From Piromyces finnis finn (Eukaryota; Fungi; Neocallimastigomycota), in NCBI GenBank assembly GCA_002104945.1, contig MCFH01000020.1, forward strand, positions 620,001 through 684,000: a stretch of DNA of 64,000 bases, read 5' to 3'. The translations under genes were made by a program, and so were the position numbers. Below are positions 1 through 14,765 of this stretch, one piece after another (the first letter of the stretch is position 1; the number at the start of each line of letters is the position of its first letter). The notes under the pieces were generated by a model that did not search any database, was not told the DNA's origin, and was given only the letters and a program-made list of their open reading frames with translations.

Positions 1-37
1 ACATAGTTATAATTTTAATTTAATTTATCTTCGTATT

Positions 38-39
38 TC

Positions 40-74
<35 letters not shown>

Positions 75-84
75 TGTAGTAGTA
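38..84. repeat. (TAG)n microsatellite
   Basis: Direct reading of a gtagtagtag run with one interruption. Confidence 0.9.
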
Positions 85-677
85 TTTAATATTTTAATAA
101 TTTTAATAACCCATATGGATATGCTTTTATTTTTTAACATCGTCATTCATTTTAAGTTTGTTTTTTAAAAAATTATTTATATTTTATTATTTTTATATTT
201 ATATCCACTAGCTATATTTTATTTTTATTATTCATAATTAATATCATATTTATATTATTTATATTCGCATTTCTTATATAGTACGCGCTGACTAGTAATT
301 ACGCATTTACTTTATAAATTTTAATTTCTTTTTTTTTTTTTTTTTTTTTTTTATAAATATATATATATATATATATAAACTACTTTTTTTTAATAATTTA
401 ACAACAAAAAAAAAAAAAAAAAAAAAATTAATATTAACATTATAATTTTAATATTAATACTTAGTTAAACCTAACTCATAAATTCTTTTAATTATTATTA
501 ATCATTATTTTGTATTATCATAAATGATAATCTGTAATGATTGATATTATATAATTAAAAAAAAAAAAAAATACCCTTTTTTTTTTAAATATATATAAAG
601 TAGTAAAGAAAAAAAAAAAAAAAAAAAAAAAAAGGAAAGGATAAAAAAAAGAAAATATTTAAAAAAAAGAAAAAACC

Positions 678-783
<106 letters not shown>

Positions 784-1080
784 TATAACAAAAAAACAAA
801 AATAATCAAAAATTATGTGTATAATTATTGAATATTGAATTGTCATCATTTATTAATGATATTTTCATTTTTATTATTAAATATTTTATTTTATTAAAAA
901 AAAAAAATAGATAGAATAAATATATATATATAAATTGGTGTGTATTTTTTTTTTTTTTTTAAAAAATATTTACTATATTTATTTAAATATTATTTTATTG
1001 TTAAATTTTACTTTCTTAAAATTTTTTTTTTTTATTGATCTTTTTGTTTTTTTTTTTAAAAAAAAATCCATTAAAATATT

Positions 1081-2102
1081 TTAAGGAATAGCTCCTATTA
1101 AACCATTATTTTTAAATACACATTGACAATTACATCCCGCAGGACAATATTTATTTTTCTCTTTAACAAACCAATCTCTTATATGATTCATATGTCCACC
1201 ATGATTACATATCATACAAAAGTTTGTTAATCCTATATATAAAAAATTTATATTAAAAAAATAATATATATATATTTTTTTAATATTAATTATTATTCTT
1301 ATAATAGTTATCTTATTTTTTGAAATAAAGTGTTCTTACCTCTAACTGGTAATCTACAAATAGCACAGATAGAACCACGTTTACTTTCATTACAACGCAT
1401 ACAGAAAAATCCTTTGTTATTTGGGATTAAATCTTTTTCACAATGAGAACATTTTATGGTAAGTTCTATATTTTGTAAATTATTGATTATTTATTATAGT
1501 AAATAGGGTAATATATATAAAGTTATTAATTATTATAAAATGTTTTTTTTTTTTTTATTGTAAATTTATTTATTCATTAATTAAAGGTATAAAGAAGAAA
1601 TATGAAATGCTTTTATAATTACCAAATGGTGGTGATTCAGTTTCGTTTAAATGCTGTTCTGTAACGAATTTTAATATTTCAGCTCTTTGTTTTAAATATC
1701 CCCATGAATATAAAATTTCTGCATAAACTATTCGGTAGCAATCATACAATGTTTGTTTATTAGAATCGATTAATGGAATATAAATATCACTATGGAATTA
1801 TTAAAAAAGTTATAAAATATACATTATTTGTTTAGAATAATAAAGTATAAATATAATAGTTTATTTTAACTAAAGATTATAAATTTTATTTATAATACTG
1901 CTATTATAACATATTTTATAACACATTTATTTTATTATTCTTAGTAATTACCCTCCTTCTTCATCATCAAATTCACCATATGGTTGAACACGACTCATGG
2001 TAATTTCACTTGTCATATTTTTCTAATTTATTATATAATGAATATTAAAAATAATATTTTAGTTAAAAGTATTACTATAAAATTTAAATTTAAAATTTAT
2101 AT

Positions 2103-2136
<34 letters not shown>

Positions 2137-5100
2137 CGTTTGTTACATTGTGATTTTGAGTAATTATTTGACCTCCCATATTTCCAGTCATAATGAGATT
2201 ATTATACGAATTTATTGGGTTAATTTGATTAAGATTTGAATTATTTGTTAAACTATTAGTATTATTATTAATAGTGTTATTCATTTCAATAGTACTTAAT
2301 GAAGAATTATCATTAATTATAGTATTTTCATTTTCTTTGGAATTATCAAGTTTTGAGACAGGTTGATTTGCATATCTGTTAATATAACTATTGTAATTTG
2401 TAGTGGTTATGATTGGATTTCTAATCATTGTTGATTTTTGATTTAAAATGTTTTCTTTTAGTAATGCATTATTATTTATTTCACTTGAACTTTTGGTTGG
2501 ATGAGGGCGAGGGGAAGGTTTTACATTTTGTCCATTAATTTTCATCATCTTTTCATTTTCTTCAATTATAGAAACTGGAATTGGATTGTTATAATCCATA
2601 GATGAGTTATGATTCGCAGGTGAATGGAATTGTTGTGATTTTGACATCGGCAATGGTACTTGCATTTGCATATTATTATTATTACTGGTATTAGTACTAC
2701 CATTATTATTATTGTTGTTGTTGATATTGTTATTATTATTATTGTTGTTGCTGCTGTTATCACTGCTATTGTTATTATTATTGTTATTATTAATGTTATT
2801 ATTATTGTTGTTGTTGCTAGATCCATTTGACATATAATATGGATGTGATGGTGGTTGTAAATAACTACTTTCATTTGATATCATTTGTCTTCTTATGCCT
2901 TCATTATAATTTCCTGTTGGATATTTATTAATAAATGGTCTTGTATTTATAAAACCAGGATATGACATATTCATATTTACTTGGTTATAATTATTATTAT
3001 TTACATATATATTTTGATTTATGGAAGGTTTTGGGGTATGATTATTAATATTTGTTATATATTGAACCATATGTGGTTGAAGAGAATTATTTGGTAAATT
3101 CTAATTTATAAAAAAAAAATATTTTTTTAAATAATTAATATTAATTTTAAATGAAATGAAATGATAATCTTTAGTTATCTCTACTTACATATTTAATAGG
3201 CATTTCTATTACACCTCTATTAGAAGTTGGTGATTTTACATTCTCATATTCCATATTCTGTCCTGTAGGAATTTGATTTCCCTAAATATCATTTTTTTTT
3301 ATGTTAGTATATGTAATTTAAATATAGAGTAGAAACTATTAATGTTAAGTGGTTATACCTTTTTAGGTTTTATCATTCCCATTGGAGTAAAGGTAGTAGC
3401 GGGATGACCATCAACCATATTACCAGTACTAAATGGACTATAACTACCTTCATAATCTAATTGACTATTTAATAATAAAGAATTTCTTGATTTTGTTATA
3501 TTATTTTGATCATTTGTATAACTATTAAGTTGCATTTGATGAACTTCTATTTCTGATACCTATAAATTTTATTAATTACCATTTAATTAAAATCTAAAAA
3601 CTTTTAATGATATAAAATAGCTATCTATAATTTTACTTTTACTGGTACAATTATATTTTCATTTTTATATGGGATTGTAAATACACAGGATAATAAAGCC
3701 AAGGTTTGAACGTCACCTTGCTTTTCTAGATATGAAAATCTTTTATATTCATATATCACCATTTTAGAAATATTTAATAATAATAGTAATAATGGTAAAT
3801 ATATATCACTTACATAGTATTTACTAAATGTCTTCCAAATGGATGTAATTTCCAAGAGATTGATGTTTTTTCTTCAACAACATGATGACCATTAAAATCA
3901 TTTTTTGATATTATAGCTTTTCTATACTTTGAAAGAATTAAACCAACAATACCCCAAATTTTTACAAGATCAGGTCTATTATTCTTTTTTGCTGCTCTAC
4001 AGTTTTTCATACATATAATAACAGCATCGTCACCTTGAAGGCTAAATAGTTATATTTATGAAAATAAAATTTACTATTAATAACTCAATTTAATTAGCTA
4101 TTTATTAAAAAATAAAAATAGATATGTCATACGTATAATCTTTAGCTAAATTTTTATTAATTGGAAGTAGACATTGAATATCTTTAACAAATATTGATGC
4201 ACCGAAATATCCTGAATCATCTTCTTTTTTGGATTTTTCTTTTTCACTTGAATTTTCTTTCTTATCTAAAGAAAATACTGGAACGTCATTATAGTTCATA
4301 TCATCATCAATAGCTTCGTTAATAATTTCTTCATTTGTCTTAAATGATTCATTATAACTACTTAATGTTGAATGAGTTATTGATTCAACCAAGCCATTTG
4401 ATGATTTTGAAGTTGATAAATTAATACCTCCTGAATATTGATAACCATGATATCTTTTATTCATAACAATAGGAGTTGTTGATTCACTATCATCGTATTC
4501 GGTATCGTGTGATGAAGGAGGTTGTGATATTATACTTAAATTATCACTTTCTACATTAGAGTCATTATCAACATTTAAAAATTCCTTGTCCTTAGAATTA
4601 TTATTTGGATTTTCTTCCATATTCATCATATTATTTGAAAGAAATGATGGATGGTTTGAAGCACTATTTATTGGTGGATCTATTGGTGAATTAGCTTCTA
4701 ATGGGAAAGTTTCATTATTAATTACTGAATCTAATTTGTTATCTAATAATGATGTTAACAAAGAGCCTGATGGAATATCTGGTTTTGCTTTAGTATATTG
4801 TCTAACTCTTCTTAAGAAATTTGAAGTTGAGGCTAATGCAGGTTGAAGGTTTGTATTCGGCTATAATTATATTTTTTAATATTAAATGTAATTTATTATT
4901 TAATAATTTAAACTTTATGTTAATCATTTTTTGAAAAAATATTAATAATATATGTATATAATATAATAATGTACTTTTTTTAAATTAATAATAAAGTTTA
5001 AAATATTTGATGCCGTTAAAAAAAAAAAAAAAAAAAAATAATGTACTTTTGGTTTATAGAATAAACTTGGCATTGGTGCTTCCTCTTGATCTTCTTCGTC

Positions 5101-8100
5101 CATGTCAAACCATAAATTTAATTTTCCATCATTACCATCATCTACTTTATCTATTATATTATTTTGATTAATAGCACTTGAAGAAGTAATTATAGCATCA
5201 TCTGTACGAAGTGGTTCTTGATTAACACCATTACCGGTTAAGAAAACTTTTGGGTATCTTACTAAAATGAAATTTCTATAACTATCATATAGGTCAAATG
5301 TTTTTGGTTGAGTTGTAAATTGTGTAGTTTGTAAAATTGGTTGTTGATTATGCGTTCCTAATGTATGAGTTGTAAATTTGGTTTCTGATGGATGAGGAAG
5401 AGGCGAAAAGAAAACAATTAATTTGCCTGTAGGAGAAAAGCGTGCACCACATAAACATGGGTATGGTACATTTTGTGTACTAGAATAATTAAAGTGGTTT
5501 TCATTTTTGGAACTCTTTTTCTTGAATGATTGTTTATTTTCTATTGATGATAAATTATCAGACGATGAAGTTGATATATTATCTATGTCATCTTGATTAT
5601 TTGTAAATGAATAATCATCAAAAAAGCTAACATTTCTTGGATAAGTAACCTCATCATTTTCAGTTGATATTCTTAAAGTGGACGATGCATCACCTGACAA
5701 TAAAAATTGAATACTGGCTTCTAAACATGGGAATGATTTTTCTGCGTATGTATTGGCAATTTCTTCAAGTTTCTATTAAATGTAATTATATAATGGAAGA
5801 GGATAAATTAAATTTAAATTAAATATATATATAATTAGTTTATTTTCATTGAATTTTATTAATTAATATAATATAAAACTCGAATTAATACACTTGTCAT
5901 GAAATTTCTATTTGCCATAGAAATCATTCCTGTTTTTTGGATTTCAAAGGTTGGTGGGGCTTTGTTTGGATATTGCGGAGGAAATTGAATATTTACTTTT
6001 ACAAATACTGCTGGAATACCCGGTTTAACATAACTCTCAAAGTGATGTAATGTAATAGTACATGTACGATATGTAAAATTTACCTTTTTTTTTTTTTTTA
6101 AATTAAAAAAAATATATTTATATTATTATTATATATTAAATTATGGATAATCTAAAAAAATGTATGAATTTTAGAATTTTACCTTTTCAAACCTAACACT
6201 TGGGAAACGTTTTGAAATCCATTCAATTTCATCTTCTAGACTCGTTGGTATATATGTTTCTCTTATTTGATCTTTCTTTTCTATATCATTAGTTATTCCT
6301 GTAAATATATCATCATCTTCTTGAAAGTATGAGCCATCAAAGTCTTCTTCTTTCATAACAGATATATTATTCATTGATTTATTCCGATTAACAGCTAATG
6401 CTATGTCTTGGGAATCAACATTTAATTTTGGTAAAGCTGGTGGTTTTGTTTCTGAAATAGAAAATGACATAGATAATGATGATGAAAATGAATCAATATT
6501 TGTATTTAATTGACTTGGGGTATCTATTTGTGTTTTTTGTTGTTGAGATGATGATTCATTACTTATTTTTATATCATCTGATGCACCATTATTTGTTATT
6601 GAAATCATATTTCCATCTTTTAAATTATCATTTGATTCCGAATTATCATTTCCTAATAACTTTTATATTTTTTAAAAATTATTATAATAATATAAATAAA
6701 TTGAGTTAGTAATGAAAATGGTATTTATTACAGTGTTATATTAAGATTTTTTAATATTTATATAAAATACAAACTTTTAAATTTTTTGGATTAACAGGCC
6801 ATAATTTCAATGTTTTATCTTTTGACCATGTAACCAGTTGATAATTTACTAAATTCAATAATAAATTAAAATTTATAATCATATATCAATAATCTGAAGT
6901 TTTTGATACAAGAAAAATACCAATATAAATATTAAAGTTACCTGTATCATTTTGATTTTCCTTTTTAGATCTCCATAAAAATTCACGAACAACGTCATTA
7001 TGTCCACTAAATGAATATACTGGTGTATTTAAATCATTACGACTCCACATTAAAAGTTGTGAATCATTTCTTTGAGGCATAGTTATAATTAATTCACCGA
7101 ATGGCTATTAAATATTTAAAATGTATATCTTAAGTCATCTTACTATTAATAAAATATAAATTAATTATATATACTTACAGCATAACGAGCTCTCCATACA
7201 GGAGTATTAGTTGTTATTACACCTTTACAAGATTTTGGATTATTTATGTCCCAAAACTTAATTTTATATTTATATATTTAGTAAATCAAAGGATTATTAA
7301 TAATTGGCTTTATCTTATAAAAAGGAAGATTACCTTAACAAGTTTATCCTGACTACACGTCAATATTTCATTTTCTTTTGAATTATGCCAATCTATACCA
7401 TAAATTTTATTCATATGTGCTGTTATTGTTGTTACTGGAGCTGAACCTTTCTGTGTATTAGAGTTATTAAATTTTATTTTATATTAATAGTGAAAAAAAT
7501 AGGATATTACTTTATTTTATTATAAAAATTATAATATTTACTCTTATATCCCAAATTCTTAAATCAGAATCATGTGAAGAGGCAAGTAACCATTCATTCT
7601 TTTTATTAAACTTTACTTGTGTAGCTCCAGCTAGTAATATTACAATCAACGACAAATTTAATTTTTTTTTTTTTTTATAAAAAAAATGAATAAATTAATC
7701 TTCATTTTTTCATATAACTTAGAAATTTTGAGAATTTTTAAGTTATTATATATACATATTTTTTTTTTTTAAATGTTACCTGTCCATGCACAAAATGAAT
7801 TCACTGGTTTTTTATTTGGACTTTTTAAATCCCATATATGAATATAGCTATCCAAAGAACATGTTGCTAATACATCAGGATTAAAACCACTCCAATTTAT
7901 ATCACTAACAGCACGCGTATGTGAAGATAGTACAAATTCAATATGTTTTGAAGATGATGAAGATGAAGTTGAATTTAATGCTAAATTCCAAATTAATACT
8001 TTTTGATTTGACTATTAATAATGAAAATGTTTTTCGTGGTATTGTTGTATTTAGATATTAAAATAAAGAATAATATATGAAATTGATTTTTTATATAATA

Positions 8101-8616
8101 TTATCAATAAAGTTGAGAAAATTTAGAAACATCTTTTCAAAATTTTATTTTATTTATTTAATAAAATATATTTTATATTTTTTATATTAAATTTGTATTA
8201 TTCTATCATTACAGTTGAAGCTATCAAATTTTGTCTTTCTAAATGTGGATTCCATTGGACATCAGCAACTTCCCATTTTGTTATATGTTGTAATACTCTT
8301 GGCATTTCATATGGGGCTTCAAGATTTAAAATAAACATACCTTTTTTACTTTATTTTTTATTATAAATTTAGTATAAATTAAGAAGTTATTTGAACAATA
8401 TGAATAATCCAGTAATATAATATAAAAATAAAAAAAAATTCATATTTAAAATATTTTAAATATTTACGCAGCTAAAACAACATCTCTTGAATTTGGTGAT
8501 ATACTGACAGTAGTAACTGGTTGTTCGAAATGCACAGATAAAGATTGATATATTGTAGAGGTATTGGTTGAATTTAGGGATGTTGCTGAAATGTTTTTTT
8601 GATTTACATTAGACAT
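1081..8616 (-). CDS. MTC5: WDR59/MTC5/SEA3 (GATOR2/SEACAT subunit): N-terminal WD40 repeats, RWD domain, long Asn-rich insert, C-terminal RING; multi-exon
   Basis: ATG at 8616 (MSNVNQKN). Spliced exons give WD40s (WEVADVQWNPH, HTRAVSDINW, AGATQVKFN, FSGHNDVVREFLWR), RWD (VNIQFPPQYPNKAPPTFEI), NVPYPCLCGARFS, WKLHPFGRHL, GDVQTLALLSCVF, YAEILYSWGYLKQRAEILKF and RING (CAICRLPVRGLTNFCMICNHGGHMNHIRDWF...CPAGCNCQC), with TAA at 1083-1081. Accounts for ORF-track pieces 2090-7080. Confidence 0.92.
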
Positions 8617-9492
8617 TTTTAAAAATTACTAATTCCATTAAAATTAAAAATTTAATTTAAAATATTTATGATAAATAAATGATAATTTTAGTTTAATATA
8701 GTGTTAAAGTTTTATTTTGTTTATCATTATAATATTTAAATGTAAAACTGTAGAATGGATATTTTTTATTACATTTCTTTTTATTAAAATATATAGGTTT
8801 ATTTATATATATATATATACTATATCAATTTTTATATTTTGTTTTTCTATACTTTAAATATAAAAATACATATAAATAATAAATACTTTTCTATTTCAAA
8901 AATGAGAAGATTAAATTTATTTCATTGTCACTTTTAAAAACAAAATTAACTATATTTTGTAATTGGAAATGCAATTTTATTTTTAAAACTTCTTTTTTTT
9001 TTTTTTTATTATTTTTATTGCTATTATATTAAATTCTTAATAAAAATTGTATAGATAAAATTTGTTAAAATTTAATAGAAAAAAAATATATTAAATTTTT
9101 GTATCACCAAAACTAATATATAAAATATATAAAATAGAAATAAAAAAAATTTTAAATAAAATAATATTTCTATAATGAAAATGATACTAAAAAAAAGGTA
9201 TACAGGACATATTAACAAATTACAGAAAAAAAAAAAAAAAATAAAAAAGGATGTATTTTAAAATTTAATTTAATTGATAAATATATATATATTTAATTGC
9301 ATGGTATAATATTTTTCCTTTAATTACTAATATCAATGTAAAAGTAAAAAATATAGATAAAAATTGAAATTGAATTTAATAATAGTACATAAATATTTGA
9401 CTTAAATGTAAATAATAAAGGTATATTAATATATAATCATCCATAGATAAATGGTTCAATATATATACGGTTTTCCCTTAAAATTGTAATTT

Positions 9493-11472
9493 TTATACAA
9501 TTACTTCATTACTATCAGTTTTGTTAATATTAATATACATCTTCTTTTTTCTTTTTATAGGGAAATTTCTTATCCTATATAATTTAAAATGTATAAATGA
9601 GTATAAATATATATCTAAAATAGAATATAAATTATATATATCTGTTAATATATAGAATTTGTACTTTGGATTCATTTCTAATTTCCTACTCAGATTTTCA
9701 TATTTCTTCTTTTGGTTATAATACTTTGATTTTTGGTTTTGTATTTCATCATTTAATCGTACAATTTCAACTTTGTAATCTTCAATTTGAGATTGATACA
9801 TATTTAATTCCGATGCAAGACTCTAAAGTATAGTGAATTCATATTTTTATTTTATTTAAAATAAATAATTTAACAAAAGACAAATATAAATTTTAAATAT
9901 ATGTAATATGTAATAGAGATGTAATTACCTTGCTTTCATTAATTTTTGATTTCAAAGATTCTCTATAATATCTTAATTGTTCCATTGTTTTAACGCCAGG
10001 CTGTCTTTCTAGTATTTTTTTTAATTTCTCATACATTTTGTTTTTCTCTTGTAATTCTTGTTCTTTTCCTATTAAATCTTCAGTATTTCTTAATAAACGT
10101 TTTTGTAAACTTTGAATCTTTAATATTAACTCAAAACTTTCTGGGTCACTACCGCTTAATTTTCTCCAACGATGAACATTCATTGGTGTTTTCAATTCAT
10201 CTTCCAATACTTTCATTTTAGTATTAGTAATGACTGCTTCATTTTGTAATGAAAATATTTCCCTTTTTAATTTTTCTGAGTTTTTAGCTTCAAGAGAAAG
10301 TAGACTTTTTTCTCTTCTCAATTTTTTAACTTCCAATTTTAATACTCTAATATCTTCAATTCTATCGTTATAGAAGAATTCACCCTTCACTAATGCTGAT
10401 TTTTGAAGTTTAAGTTTTTCGTATAGTAATGAAATTTCATCATTTCTCATTATGATTTGATTTTGCATTAAATTCTAAATTTAATAATTATAAAATTATT
10501 TTAATTTTTTTTTTTTTTTTATTAAATACAAAAGTTAATAAAACGAAATTCATGAATCTTAATAAACATTTGTATTATATGCCATACCTTTTCTTTAATT
10601 AAATTTTCATAATCACTCAAAATTTTTTTACGTTCTTTTTCTAATTCTATTAATGTATGTCTCATATTTTCTTCAGTAGATTGCTTTATAATGATAAATA
10701 AAAATATTTATTGTTAAAAAATTAACTCTTTTCTAATTAACTAATTATAATTACAAAAAAATTTGTCATACCAAATTTTTAATAAACATTTTATTATTCA
10801 ATAATTCATTTTGTTGACCTGAAATTTGATTTAATAAACTTTCTTTTTCTTTTTCCAGTTTTTTCTTTTCAAAATTAGTTTTCGCAATTACTATTTTTAA
10901 TAATAATAACAAAAAAAAAAAAAAAAGAAAAGAAATTTTATAATTATATTAATATATTTTTAATATTCTTATAAAGAATAATGTATTATTACCTATTTCT
11001 TTCATTCTAACTTCTTCTTTCATATTATCGATTGTATGGGAATTTGATTTATTTTTTCTTTTTAATTCTAATAATTCATCATTGGACTCTGCAAGTTTTT
11101 TTGAATAGTTGTTTCTGTCGGTTTTAACATTTTCATATAATTTCTATATAAATTAAACAATAAATAAAAATTTAGTTATTTATTTGAATAAATCCAAATT
11201 ATAAAAATAAATAAAAAAAAAAAAAAAATGAACAATATACCATGCAATCATCATATTTCCTTTCTAATGTTGAATACTTTTTAGCTGCATCTTCAATATT
11301 GATTTTTAACATTTTGATACTAGCTTGTTTGTCATTTAAAGAATTTTTCAACGATGACTGAACTAAAAAATTATTATCTCTTTCTTTTTCTAATGAATAG
11401 ATAATCTATTATTTTATATTATATATAAATATTTCCAAATTATTTAAAAATCTTTATCAGTTATTATTTTAT

Positions 11473-11507
<35 letters not shown>

Positions 11508-13721
11508 TAATAATATATTATATCTATATTTAATAAATATTATGTTTATTATATTATTGTTACTTTTCTCATTTTAGATGCTTCATCTTTATATGCTTGA
11601 ATCTCATGTTCCGTATTTTTAATAGTCTGTTCATTAACTTTAATTATACCAACTTGTTTGGTATTATTATTCAATTGGGCAATATAATTTCTATTTAATA
11701 TTTCTCTTTCTCTAGTCATTTCATTTATCTGTTTTTTTAATTTTTCACATTCTTTGTCTTTTTCTTCTCCATTTTTTGTTAAAAGCATTACTTTTTTCTA
11801 ACAATATATTAAAATTAAAATAAATATTAAAGAATGAATTATAATAATTTTTATTATACAATTACTTACATTTAAGTTTTCTTCCCTTTCTTCCTGAGAT
11901 GCTATACATTCTTCTAACATTTTTTCTTTTTTAATTAACTGATCATTATATTTTATTAATTTATCATTTTTATTTTGTAAATGGGTAATTTGCATTTCTA
12001 ACTTTTTCATTACAGATTCATTCTTATAATTTTCAGTAACTAATAAATTAATTTTTACATTTTGTTCTTCCATTTCTGCTTGTTGCTTTTCCATTGATGC
12101 TTCAATAAATTCTTTTGCTTTATCAGAATTTTTATTCTTCATTTGTTCTTTTGATAATTCTTCTTTATATCTTTCAATTAAATCATTACATGCTGATATT
12201 TCTTTTATTTTTTCTTCTGTTGCTTTTTCTTTCTCCTCAATAGTTTCATTCATCTTTTCTATTTGTCCTTCCATTTTATGTTTTTCTCTAATTTCACGTT
12301 CCTTTTCTAACCTAACTTTTATAAATTCACCCTGAATTTCTGTTAATTGTTCTGTTAATTCTTTATTTCTATCTGTTATCGATGATAAATCTGTTTCCTT
12401 TTTTATAGATTCACTTTCCAAATTTAAAATATCCTGATGTTGTTTATTTATTTCCTTCGTTAATGATGCTACTTTCTATGTAGCAATGAAAAATGTATGT
12501 ATTAGTAATGATCATTATATTGAAGATATTTATTATATATAATTTGATTTGATTTTTATATAAAAATGATTTTAATATATTATTATTAAAATTAGTTTAA
12601 AAATAAATTTATAAAAAATAAAAATATTATATTTTGTATATAAATAATAATTTACATAATAAATAATAAATTAATATTTTATATATATATAATTATTTAA
12701 TATAAAAAAAAATAAGTAAATTTACCTCCTCAAGCTCTTTCATATAATCAACACTTCCGTCATCATCAACTTGAATTTCAGATTCATCAATTAAATCATT
12801 AGGTAAATTATCCAGTTTTCCTTTTACCCTTCTTCTATATTTAACAATTTCTTTTTTTAAAAGATCAATTGTTTCTTTCTGAATTGCATCAGTTTCGTTT
12901 TTTTTTTCAATACTTTTCCATGCTTTTTCTAATTCCAAATTTAAATTTACAATATTTATTCTATCATTCCTGGAAACATTTAATACACCTTGAATTTTTA
13001 TAATACAACTATTTAGAAATCTGGATAGATCAGTACATTTATTATAAAGAGCAGTTTCATTCAATTTTGATTTAACTAATAATTTTGAAAGTTTATTATA
13101 TTCATCTTTAACCTTTGCTATAATATATTGTGAATCTTGTTGTTTATCTTCTTCATTTATAATATCATTTAATGACTTGACTGGTTCACTAGATAAATCA
13201 CCGGGATATTGTCGATTTAAAAACCCAGAAAGATCTTTCACTATATTTTCAACATTATCTTCATCTTTTAATTCATCATTAGAGCTTCTAAAATCCGAGT
13301 TTCCCTTCGACAAATCTGTTAGACTATTGTTAAATATTTTAGTAATTTCATCTAAATCCTTCATATCTTCTTCATCTTGTGGAGTATTTGGATGATAAAG
13401 TTTTCCAAGTACTTCTATATTATGAGAAGGAAAATTATTATTATTCATTACATTTAAGTCTTGGTTTTTTAAATAAGTTGTTATGGGTCTAGATTCTGTA
13501 TTGTCATCATCATACGTAATATTAATATCATTATCACTTAGTATTGAATTTAGATTATTATTTTCTTCTCTGCTATTTTCTTCACTACTATTTTCTTCAC
13601 TATTATTTTCTTCACTATTATTTTCTTCACTGATATTTTCTTCATTATTATTTTCTTCACTATTATTTTCTTCATCATAATTTTCTTCGTTATTAATACT
13701 ATCTTCTTGATTTTCACTCAT
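9493..13721 (-). CDS. CFAP58: Cilia- and flagella-associated protein 58 (CCDC147), long coiled coil, multi-exon
   Basis: C-terminal LKTPMNVHRWRKLSGSDPESFELILKIQSLQKRLL...KKILERQPG and GEFFYNDRIEDIRVLKLEVKKL match CFAP58. The N-terminal segment EYNKL...LELEKAWK...KETIDLLKKEI also matches. The last exon is inferred. Confidence 0.88.
13560..13690 (-). repeat. 15-bp tandem repeat encoding (EENxS)n in the CFAP58 N-terminal extension
   Basis: ttttcttcactatta unit repeated about 8 times; the protein reads EENNSEENNNEENISEENNSEENNSEENSSEENS. Confidence 0.9.
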
Positions 13722-14579
13722 GATTAATACGAATATTTATTTTATTTTACAAAAAAATAATTACAATTTTCTATATTAAAAATTTATAAAATATAAAATC
13801 TAAACATCTAATTTTTTTTTTTGTAATTGATATTTAACTATAATGTATAAAGAATAAAAAAAAAAGAAAAGAAAAAAATAAAATAAAAAAATAAAAATGT
13901 TGCATAAAACCTTAAATATATATGATAAACATTTATTATTTTATAAAATAATATAGGAATATAAATGGTTTTATTATAATAATAATAGTTAATATCAGTT
14001 AAAATAAATACTAAATTCTATTATATGTTAAATCCCATTTTTCATTCATTTCTTACTATGAAGTAAAAAAAAAAAAAAAGCACCGAGAATAATTTTTCTA
14101 AACTTTAAAATATAAATTTTGGAGAAATTTAATTTAATTAAATCTTATATTACCAAATATATTAATTAATTAAATTATCAAAAATTTCTTTTTATGATAT
14201 TAAAATTTAAATTTCTTCAAACTTTAAATAATATAAAAAAAAAAAGATAAAAATAAAATTTCCTTTGTAAAGAAATATTAATATTTTCCGATCAAATTTT
14301 AAAACATATTCATATTATTTATTCATATTTAACTAATTCTTTCTTTTATTATTATTACCTACTATTCAATTTACTTAATTTCTCATTTACTATTACATAA
14401 TATTCTTATAAAAAAATAAAAAAATAGTATATTAATAACTATGAAAAAATAATAATTTTCTTATGAAATAATATTTTATAGTATAAAACTTTATATGATA
14501 TAATTTTAAAATTATTATAATATTTTTATCATTTAATAAAAATTTAAAAAAATATTCTTTTCATAATAAATTAAATAAT

Positions 14580-14765
14580 AATAATTATTATTATTTAATT
14601 TATTTTTATATTATTATTATTATTATTAGTATTAGTATTAGTATTAGTATTAGTATAAGTATTATTATTATTACTCTTATTATTATTTAATTTATTTTTA
14701 TATTATTTTTATATTATTATTATTATTATTATTAGTATTAGTATAAGTATTAGTATAAGTATTAT
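14580..14765. repeat. Imperfect tandem duplication of a low-complexity unit with (ATTAGT)n
   Basis: ttattatttaatttatttttatattatt...attagtattagtataagtatt occurs twice in succession. Confidence 0.7.

Noticed and set aside
281-303. MCB-like ACGCG core in AT-rich DNA near the left edge
   Set aside because: A single 5-mer with no identifiable downstream gene inside the window.
13899-13910. Possible RFX X-box (gttgcataaaac) upstream of flagellar CFAP58
   Set aside because: Only one half-site resembles GTTGCC/GGCAAC and the spacing is off; not supportable without comparative data.
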